DNA of 54,196 bases from a virus (lineage: Duplodnaviria; Caudoviricetes), in the IMG/VR virus record IMGVR_UViG_3300025751_000023, positions 1-54,196 of that record; one strand, written 5' to 3'. Position 1 is the first letter of the stretch; every line of letters begins with the position of its first letter. Made by a program: the position numbers and the translations under genes. Under the pieces are notes generated by a model that ran no database searches, was not told the DNA's origin, and was given only the letters and a program-made list of their open reading frames with translations. Of the stretch, positions 46,785 to 54,196 are shown in pieces.

Positions 46785-47380
46785 TGCCTTCGCTACATAC
46801 TTTTTACGGCCACTGGGACTTTTGGGAGCGCGATCCTTCCAAGAGTCACTATGGTGCGCAGAAAGTAACATTTGATGCGTCTACTAGACTTATTTACATC
46901 AACGAAGGCGAGACAGAACTCGATGTGCAAACAGATTTGTACAGTGCATGGAAAGAATGGTTTGCGTCTCGAACAAACTCTGGCAACCCTCCGGCCATCT
47001 CAGCTATCGGCGGCGAAGAAATTGACGAGAGCCGTTCGGTAGGAAGGACCTATTTTCTTGAAAATGGCTGGCGCATACAGCCTTGGTTTGGGGACTATAA
47101 CCTGATCGTTGATGGCAACTTGTACACCCGTGAACCGGGTGGCAAGCCCGTCAACCAAGTCGATGGCGTATCGGTCAGTTTGACTAGATCAAACATCACC
47201 GAAGTAGCTATCGCAGGTGGCGTAGCAACTGAGAATCGCCTCTACGAGATATGGAGAATCCTTGGCCTCGATGCCGCAGCAGCACAGGTCATTACTGACA
47301 GCAGCATTACTGTCGGAAACATAACCTTGTCTATCTCGCAGACAGATGAGGATACAACTACGGTCGAGCGTTCAGAGTGA
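46784..47380 (+). CDS. Structural protein, apparent paralogue of the 42331 N-terminus
   Basis: KVTFD...DLYSAWKEW...AIGG...YFLENGWRI. Confidence 0.6.
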   Translation: MPSLHTFYGHWDFWERDPSKSHYGAQKVTFDASTRLIYINEGETELDVQTDLYSAWKEWFASRTNSGNPPAISAIGGEEIDESRSVGRTYFLENGWRIQPWFGDYNLIVDGNLYTREPGGKPVNQVDGVSVSLTRSNITEVAIAGGVATENRLYEIWRILGLDAAAAQVITDSSITVGNITLSISQTDEDTTTVERSE

Positions 47381-47628
47381 GCGTACAACGACGCTTGGCA
47401 CTTGCCACTCGCGGCTTTAGAGGTAGCGATGGCGAAATAAGGTATAGAGAGGTGGATAACAGCGTTCGCAAGAATCCTGTTGTCGAGGAAACAGCAGTAA
47501 AAACCGATAGCAATCTGGTCAGTCTGACAAGAGATGGCACGCCAGTTACTCCTATCACTACCCCTTCTTCTGCTACAAATGTAAGGATTTCACCTTCGAC
47601 AACAACAATAACCTGGGAGGTGGAATGA
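47377..47628 (+). CDS. Hypothetical protein
   Basis: GTGA coupling; LALATRG N-terminus. Confidence 0.55.
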   Translation: MSVQRRLALATRGFRGSDGEIRYREVDNSVRKNPVVEETAVKTDSNLVSLTRDGTPVTPITTPSSATNVRISPSTTTITWEVE

Positions 47629-47629
47629 G

Positions 47630-47962
47630 ATGGAATGGTCAGCATTTGAAGTAATGATTGGATTTATAGGTATCGCAATCACTTACTCAACTTTGATGTT
47701 TGGTATCTACCATATAAGGCAACGTATCGAGCAAGCCGCGTCTTTTTCAATGAAGAACACTGGCAAGTTAGATGATATTAGTCGGAGCGTAGAAGAAATT
47801 GCAAAAGTGAATAAGAAACTATCACATGAAGTTGACATCACTCATGAATTGCTAAGAACTAACAATGAACTGATCAAAGACAACACTCGGGCTTTTGAGT
47901 CTTTACAAACAACAATACAGGCGTTCCATACTGTACTAACACTTGTAAAAAGAAACGATTAA
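47630..47962 (+). CDS. N-terminal TM + coiled-coil protein (possible lysis accessory)
   Basis: GGAGG RBS; one TM helix followed by heptad repeats. Confidence 0.55.
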   Translation: MEWSAFEVMIGFIGIAITYSTLMFGIYHIRQRIEQAASFSMKNTGKLDDISRSVEEIAKVNKKLSHEVDITHELLRTNNELIKDNTRAFESLQTTIQAFHTVLTLVKRND

Positions 47963-47990
47963 AATTATAGGCGATACCTATAGGTGAGAT

Positions 47991-49697
47991 ATGACACGGA
48001 TTGTAATTGATGATTTCGGTGGGATCGCGCCTACGATAAACGCAAGAAAACTAGCCGATAAATTCGCGCAGACAGCCGACCGAACTTACTTGAAAGCAGG
48101 GACACTTGCCCCTCTTCGATCAGCAACTTCAGATAGTGGTAAATCCCAAATAGCTAAAGGAGCAAAATCAATGTTCCTTTATCAAGGCGACTTTGAGGCA
48201 TCGACCCGAGATAAGTCTTACGCCAAAGTTCCTATTGCGAATGACAGCCTTGACCGCATCGTTGTTACTGACCACACCCATACAACTAACTACCCCATTA
48301 TAAAAAGTGGCGCTAGTGAATATCGGCTTGGTATGCCACAACCGGGAGTACCTACTATTGTTTCAGTAACTGCGCCTTCTGACCCTAATGGGTTAGACGC
48401 GGAAGACATCACGTATGTCGTAACGCTGGTTGACGCATGGGGTGCGGAAGGTCCTCCTTCTGACCCAGCTACGATTACGGAGCGGCAGATAGACACTGAT
48501 GTTACGGTGCTACTACCTTCACTCCCGTCTGGCTCGTACAACTTTAGTGCGGGAGCACTGTTCCGCCTGTATCGCTCGAATAGCGGTACAGACAGTACTT
48601 CTTATCAGTTTGCTGGCGAGTTTGCAGTATCTAATGCTGGCGCGAACGTTACCGACACAAAAGTCAATGCACTACTTGGCGAAGTAATCCCTTCTGTCGA
48701 TTGGATTGGGCCACCAGATGATGACACGACGCTTTACCCAAATGGTCCACTCGAACAGGTAGTGAACCTACCTAACGGTGTGCTTGCTGGTTTTGCGCAT
48801 AAAACAGTTTGCTTTACAGACCCTTTTCTCTACCACGCATGGCCTGCGAGCTATCGTATTACTCTTGAGGATGAAATTGTCGGCATCATGGCAATCGCCA
48901 GTGGGCTTGTCGTTACAACCAAACGCAAGCCTTATTTGGTAACAGGTGTTGATCCTGCTGCTATGACCTTGATCGAACTCGATGTAAACCAAAGCTGCGT
49001 GAGTAAAAAGTCGATGGTTGATATGGGTGAGTACGGTATATACGCCAGCCCAGATGGACTTGTTCTCGTTTCAGGTACTCGTGCGGAAGTACTAACTAAA
49101 GGCTATTACAACCGTGAGCAGTGGCAAGATGCTTGGGAGCCTTCCAATCTGATTGCGTTTTACTGGGAGGGTTACTACCTTGCTTACAATGGCGATATAG
49201 CTTCTGGCCCCAAAGGGTTCATGCTAAATCTCGTCGAAGGCGATGTTAATTTTGTCACGCTTGGCACACATCAAATTGCATCAGCTGGCTTCTACGATGC
49301 TGAATCAGATACTACATTCTTTGTACTTGACGATTGGAACGGTACAGGAAATGTTTACCCACTTAAGTTTGCGCAGTCGATCTTAGCGCCAGAGGAATTT
49401 ACCTGGCGCAGTAAAGAGTTCGTCTTGCCCAGGCCAGAGTGCATGACTGTTGTTCGGGTCGATGCGCTCGAAGACATAGCGACTAAACCAGTAACGATTA
49501 AGGTCTTCGCAGACGGAGACTACGTTAACCCCATTCTTGATTATCAGCATAACGATCTGACGAACGTCTACACGAACGATCAATCATTTCTACGCCTACC
49601 CTCTACTGGCAAGCACCGCGCTTACGCTGTTGAAGTGTTTACCGAAAATGAAATTAGCAGAATTGTACTTGCGAGTTCTATGCAGGAGCTTACATAA
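47991..49697 (+). CDS. Tail nozzle / tail tubular protein B-like
   Basis: FGGIAP...YVVTLVDAWGAEGPPS...LYRS...NGVLAGF...HAWP...YASPDGLV...WRSKEF...RLP. Confidence 0.8.
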   Translation: MTRIVIDDFGGIAPTINARKLADKFAQTADRTYLKAGTLAPLRSATSDSGKSQIAKGAKSMFLYQGDFEASTRDKSYAKVPIANDSLDRIVVTDHTHTTNYPIIKSGASEYRLGMPQPGVPTIVSVTAPSDPNGLDAEDITYVVTLVDAWGAEGPPSDPATITERQIDTDVTVLLPSLPSGSYNFSAGALFRLYRSNSGTDSTSYQFAGEFAVSNAGANVTDTKVNALLGEVIPSVDWIGPPDDDTTLYPNGPLEQVVNLPNGVLAGFAHKTVCFTDPFLYHAWPASYRITLEDEIVGIMAIASGLVVTTKRKPYLVTGVDPAAMTLIELDVNQSCVSKKSMVDMGEYGIYASPDGLVLVSGTRAEVLTKGYYNREQWQDAWEPSNLIAFYWEGYYLAYNGDIASGPKGFMLNLVEGDVNFVTLGTHQIASAGFYDAESDTTFFVLDDWNGTGNVYPLKFAQSILAPEEFTWRSKEFVLPRPECMTVVRVDALEDIATKPVTIKVFADGDYVNPILDYQHNDLTNVYTNDQSFLRLPSTGKHRAYAVEVFTENEISRIVLASSMQELT

Positions 49698-52600
49698 ATG
49701 CCACGACAATCGTTACCCTCGATTCCCCAAGTCCCTAAAGGATTACCTCCAGAGCAGACTCGATTCTTACAAGCGTTGGCCGACGCTTGCCGTATTCGAT
49801 TTGGACAAACTAAGAATGAAGTGGATCGTTCTGTCACAGTCGGGGAGTTGGAAGGTACTGGTATTATTGTTCGTAACGGTTCTAATGTCGCAGCGGGTGT
49901 TGTAACAGGCGACGGGAATGTCGTTACTACGGGCGGTAACTCAGCTGCGTTTACGGATCAAACTACGCCTAGTGCACCAACTGGTCTTACCGTTGGCACT
50001 CCTGATAGCACAACAGTTCTTTTGAACTGGGACCCACCCACCGATACGCAAGATTACATCGCGTACGCTGAAGTCTTCCGCTCTATCAATGATGACTTTG
50101 ATGTTTATGAAACTAATGAAGATACAGGGTCAACGACCGCAAACGATGTCGTATTCGTAGGTACAGGTGCCTATGGGTTCGCTGATCACTTCGAGCAAGG
50201 CAGCGCACCAACTGGAGGTTATTACTACTTTGTTCGTTGGCGCACCTACGCTGATAACGCAGGTGCAGCAGCAGAATCTGGCGCAGTTATCCCTGCTCTT
50301 GATCCAGCTAATCTTCTTGCCGCTTTAAGTGAAGCAGATGCTGATGATGCACTGGTTTTTGACGAAATCAGTGAGTTTATAGTTAAAGCTGACACTTTTA
50401 AGATTCGCTCTCCTGATGTTGGCGGTAACGCGATTGGCGACTTGATCTTTGCTGTAGATACGCAAAATAACCAAGTGGTTATGGACGGCGCTTATATAAA
50501 AGCGCTAACTGTTACTAATGCGCAGATCGCCAATACCACAATCGGCACTGCGCAAATCGACACGATTGCGGGTAATAAGATTACAGTCGGCACGCTCGAA
50601 GCAGATCGAATCATTTTAGATGGCGCTGTTCTTGGCACCTATGACAACAACGGCACAATCGAGCTGACGGTAAATGGTATCCGCCTTAATACTACCAATG
50701 CCGCTGGTGAAAACGTCTTACAAGATGAAAGTGGTAACGCACTAAGCGACACTACTGTTCTAAATACCAATACGACATGGGCACAGGTCCTACTTAATGG
50801 CGGTAACAACCTGCCAACTGAAAACCTTGTAGGTCAGGGAGCGACTAATCCTACTGCTTCTAACTATTCGTTAGGCGACTTTTGGTATAACACCACCGAT
50901 AACGCGTTCTATGTTTTGTTGCTGGTTGGGACCCCTACTCCGGTCGAAACTTGGGTTAAGTGGGGCGACGTTACCGCTGAAAACATTCCACAAGATATAC
51001 AGGACGGCGCTGACGCAGGGACTGGATTGGTTGAGGGCACTACCACAATTTCAGAGGATTCCGTTGGTTTTACTGCGGTAGCTCAGTATGGAGGCGTTTA
51101 TTGGGGACCAATTGCTCCAGCGAACCCCACTACTCAAGCAGAAGACGAGTACGCTGCTACTATCTGGATTGATACCTCTACTATCCCTTACACGTCTAAG
51201 TATTGGAATGGCACCGCTTGGGTTATCGGGTCTACAGTCGGCGCTCAAACGGGGGCAAGCGGTAACTTAATTGATGAAAATGGTGTACCGATTGTTGATG
51301 CCACAGCTACTAACAGGCAGCAGCAAGCATTAGGTATCCTCGGACAGCGGATTGCATTTGAAACTGGGAGCCTTAGCTACGTTGCCCACGAGGACGGCAC
51401 TGATCTTTACATCAACCAATCTAAAACTCTTTCTCAGGCTGACTCGGCTGACACCGGGACAATATCTGTTACCGCCGGGGATATCATCACATCTAATCGG
51501 CCTGTCAGCTTGCATAATGAAAGCGGCTACCCGATTCCCTCCATAGCTCATACTGGCTATAAATTTATTACCCACACGAACAGAGGTACGACTCAACGCT
51601 TCAAAATTTACGCGCCTTTTGCTGCGGGGATTATTAAGTATGCGCAAGAAGCAGCACCGGGGGGCCAAAGCATTGGAAGCCATGTCGACTGGGCGGGTAA
51701 TAACGGAACGGTTACATGGTCGTCGACTGGCGTACCATTTAAGACTGTTACGACAATTGACATTAGTACTACTGACAATACAGCGATTTATCACATTTTT
51801 TACAGTGATACGCCAATCGTTATGGTTAAGTGGACTACTGATAATCAGGACTTCGCTTGGGTTCCTAGAACTGAAAACGAAGTTGTCGGCGCACGAACAG
51901 CAGCTTTTGCTAGTTTTACTGCCGATCCTGTTAGTTCGATAACGGGAACAACTGAAGGAGCTAAATATTATTACGCTCTATCACCTATTGGGGCCATAAG
52001 CAATCAAGATGGTAGCGGGTCGGATGCCGATCATTATGTACCTATTAACGCCCTCGGGGATACTTATTACATCCACCACGCGATTGCTGGTTTTCAAATT
52101 GTTGCGCTAGAGGCAACAACAATTAAAGCTGAGTATTGGAGTGGTACAGCTTGGACTTCTTATGCCACCTACGACCTCGAAGATGCAACGCGTGCAGATA
52201 TTGGGGAAGCTTTTGTCGGTAGTCTTAGCGCAGGTTCAAGTACAGCAACAGCGCTACAGTCAGGTGCCGCACCCTGGCGCTTTATTGGTTCTGGCCGTTT
52301 TTATATCAGAACAAACGATACAAATGGAGATGAGTATCCTGTCATTGGCTACTGGTCTGAACTCAGAACGTGGGATATCAATCCTCAAGCTGGCGACATT
52401 GACTTCGCAGATCTTGGCGGGGTTAAACCTCCAGCCGATGCTAATAGGAATTTAGTAATTGATTATACCTTTGCAACCGAGCTGGCACGAACTAACGCTA
52501 GTACAACTTCCTTTAGCGGTGGAGAGATCGCGTTCGTTACAGAGACTAGTGCCTTATGGCTCTGGGACGGGGCAGGTTCAGGTTGGGTTGCAATTGCAAC

Positions 52601-54196
52601 AATTGGGGGGATTTTAGGATCTGGTGGAAACATCTTTGCTGAAGACGGAACTACGAATCTTACTGACGTAGATTTAATCAACACTAATGTCACATTAAAC
52701 GATGACGGAAGTTTTGATTATACAGGAGCAGGCACTGGCATATCTCTTTCTGGCCTTGGCTTCGGAGGGGCGTTAGACGCAACAAATAACACTATGGGTT
52801 CTGGTACGGCTTTTCCGACAAATCCAGCACCGAGTGCAGGCGATCTTTTTTACCGTACCGATGAAAAAAAACTTTATGAATACAACGGTTCAACTTGGGA
52901 AAACTGGGCAACGCTGAACACCGGAGAATTAGCAGATAAAGATAGCGTTGATTACACGACTGGCGAGGTCACGAACACCCCGACTAGCTTGACTGACATC
53001 AATATTGGAGAATTTTCGTCTCTACAAAGTATCACGAGCATCCCTCTTGTCATACCAGCGGGCAATAACCAGACGGTAACCCAAGTTGGTCTTGATATCC
53101 AATCCTCTGGCAATCAAAGCACTGGCAATTGGTCAACTCAGTTCTACTCAAAAGATGCTTCGGTAGGCGGTTGCGCGGTATCTTTTACCATCGGTTCTAC
53201 CACTAGCCGATACATGATTGGCTTAAATTCAGACCCCGCTACAAATGCTAGTTATTCGACTATTGACTATTGCTGGTATGTGAGGGGCAATACTGGCGAT
53301 TATGTAATTTTTGAAAGCGGATCGGTTATTCAATCTGGCGGGTCCACAGTCCTTTTCGGCTCTATTACCGCAGGCGATGTTTTAACAATATCGTGGGACG
53401 GCACAACCATTCGCTACATGCTAAATGGAGTTGTAGAACGCTCAGTTGTGCCAGCTACTCAACCATCCTCGTTAGCGCTTGACTCCTCAATTGATGGTAT
53501 CGGATCGCAACACACGACCATCATTAAAAACATCAACTTTATTAACATTGGCGCGACCCTACCAACGCTCGGAACGAATGTTCTAGCAGAAGATGGATCG
53601 ACGCTTTTATCTGATGAGGATCTAAGAAACTCAGCGCTAGACGTATCAACAACCGGATCAACGCTTAGTGTCACTTACGGCGCAAACACAAGCACCGGAG
53701 TTAACCTTGATGCTAGTTCAAACATTGACAACGCTCTGTACTACACCGCTGGCGCGACCGAGTTTACGGGCGAAATAGATGCAACCCACAACAGTATTCT
53801 AGCTTCCGCTGCGACCGACCCAACGGGGCAAGCAGGTGAGTTTTATTACAACACCGCTGACAAAGAGTGGAAATACTACGATGGCTCTGCATGGGTCGCA
53901 GTTAGTACATTTAACAGTGGTGCTCTTGCGGACAAAGATGCTGTTGATCTTGGAACATCAGAAGTAACGGGAACACTAGGTACAGCTAATGCGGACACTG
54001 GGCTGATCAACACTAATGTAACGTTGACTAACTCAGGATCTACGCTCAGTCTGACAGGCGGTAATGCAGCAACCGTTACGCTAGACGCATCCATTGTCGA
54101 TAACGTTTTAGCCCGTACTGGCGGCGGTACTTACACGGGCGACCTAGCAGCAACGGCAGGTGCGACTTGGGGCACGGATGTTGATAACTTACCACC
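49698..54196 (+). CDS. Tail fibre / host-specificity protein, truncated by the window end (>=1499 codons; absent from ORF track)
   Basis: GGAG RBS and ATG directly after the nozzle stop. MPRQSLPSIP..., FN3-like PSAPTGL...LNWDPP, DUF1983-like SEFIVKADTFKI...VVMDGAYIK. Spot translations at 50.3, 50.9, 51.1, 52.5, 52.8, 53.8 and 54.1 kb are all in the same frame. Confidence 0.88.
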   Translation, partial: MPRQSLPSIPQVPKGLPPEQTRFLQALADACRIRFGQTKNEVDRSVTVGELEGTGIIVRNGSNVAAGVVTGDGNVVTTGGNSAAFTDQTTPSAPTGLTVGTPDSTTVLLNWDPPTDTQDYIAYAEVFRSINDDFDVYETNEDTGSTTANDVVFVGTGAYGFADHFEQGSAPTGGYYYFVRWRTYADNAGAAAESGAVIPALDPANLLAALSEADADDALVFDEISEFIVKADTFKIRSPDVGGNAIGDLIFAVDTQNNQVVMDGAYIKALTVTNAQIANTTIGTAQIDTIAGNKITVGTLEADRIILDGAVLGTYDNNGTIELTVNGIRLNTTNAAGENVLQDESGNALSDTTVLNTNTTWAQVLLNGGNNLPTENLVGQGATNPTASNYSLGDFWYNTTDNAFYVLLLVGTPTPVETWVKWGDVTAENIPQDIQDGADAGTGLVEGTTTISEDSVGFTAVAQYGGVYWGPIAPANPTTQAEDEYAATIWIDTSTIPYTSKYWNGTAWVIGSTVGAQTGASGNLIDENGVPIVDATATNRQQQALGILGQRIAFETGSLSYVAHEDGTDLYINQSKTLSQADSADTGTISVTAGDIITSNRPVSLHNESGYPIPSIAHTGYKFITHTNRGTTQRFKIYAPFAAGIIKYAQEAAPGGQSIGSHVDWAGNNGTVTWSSTGVPFKTVTTIDISTTDNTAIYHIFYSDTPIVMVKWTTDNQDFAWVPRTENEVVGARTAAFASFTADPVSSITGTTEGAKYYYALSPIGAISNQDGSGSDADHYVPINALGDTYYIHHAIAGFQIVALEATTIKAEYWSGTAWTSYATYDLEDATRADIGEAFVGSLSAGSSTATALQSGAAPWRFIGSGRFYIRTNDTNGDEYPVIGYWSELRTWDINPQAGDIDFADLGGVKPPADANRNLVIDYTFATELARTNASTTSFSGGEIAFVTETSALWLWDGAGSGWVAIATIGGILGSGGNIFAEDGTTNLTDVDLINTNVTLNDDGSFDYTGAGTGISLSGLGFGGALDATNNTMGSGTAFPTNPAPSAGDLFYRTDEKKLYEYNGSTWENWATLNTGELADKDSVDYTTGEVTNTPTSLTDINIGEFSSLQSITSIPLVIPAGNNQTVTQVGLDIQSSGNQSTGNWSTQFYSKDASVGGCAVSFTIGSTTSRYMIGLNSDPATNASYSTIDYCWYVRGNTGDYVIFESGSVIQSGGSTVLFGSITAGDVLTISWDGTTIRYMLNGVVERSVVPATQPSSLALDSSIDGIGSQHTTIIKNINFINIGATLPTLGTNVLAEDGSTLLSDEDLRNSALDVSTTGSTLSVTYGANTSTGVNLDASSNIDNALYYTAGATEFTGEIDATHNSILASAATDPTGQAGEFYYNTADKEWKYYDGSAWVAVSTFNSGALADKDAVDLGTSEVTGTLGTANADTGLINTNVTLTNSGSTLSLTGGNAATVTLDASIVDNVLARTGGGTYTGDLAATAGATWGTDVDNLP

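Larger units (their letters stand above)
1161..47981. promoter_or_regulatory. Dispersed palindromic operator-like motif ATAGG-N5-CCTAT
   Basis: Perfect copies start at 1161, 1945, 4100, 7132, 15566, 17414, 20035, 26524 and 47967. One-mismatch copies start at 9055, 30655, 39803 and 42077. Confidence 0.85.

Noticed and set aside
378-49837. Numerous antisense and alternate-frame ORFs of 60-195 aa
   Set aside because: They lie within well-supported genes and show no RBS or recognisable motifs.
49630-54094. Short ORF-track ORFs in the last 4.5 kb
   Set aside because: They are shadow ORFs of the long tail-fibre frame starting at 49698.
49698-54196. Diversity-generating retroelement acting on the tail fibre
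   Set aside because: No reverse transcriptase and no adenine-specific TR/VR pair seen in the window; the gene's 3' end is outside it.

Overview
This window is most of the genome of a temperate, podovirus-like tailed phage, and it appears to be in the unintegrated (attP) state. A marine gammaproteobacterial host is inferred from IHF-consensus sites, a CsrA-like gene and small basic proteins of a kind seen in marine phages. Layout: (1) attP carrying a tRNA-Ser 3'-end core, then a tyrosine integrase coupled to two membrane/holin-like genes (44-1914, +). (2) A leftward early/replication arm (1903-19776, -): xis-like gene, DUF3310, SSB-like protein, SNF2-like helicase, DEDD exonuclease, PD-(D/E)XK nuclease, primase-SF3 helicase, CsrA-like regulator, L762-type PolA, a MoxR-ATPase/VWA cluster and many small ORFs, with an iteron/IHF-rich putative origin at about 18.7-19.25 kb. 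(3) A rightward virion arm (20052 to the end, +): HTH, HNH-like nuclease, TerS/TerL, P22-like portal, scaffold, N4-gp56-like capsid, adaptors, GNAT, M15 peptidase, ejection proteins, an about 8-kb accessory structural cassette, nozzle, and a >=1499-codon tail fibre that the ORF track missed because it runs off the window. The strongest unexplained signal is the palindrome ATAGG-N5-CCTAT, with 9 perfect and 4 one-mismatch copies found by eye, mostly on promoters, RBSs and gene junctions in both arms, while no CI-like repressor is visible. Protein family calls come from recognised motifs, not database searches.
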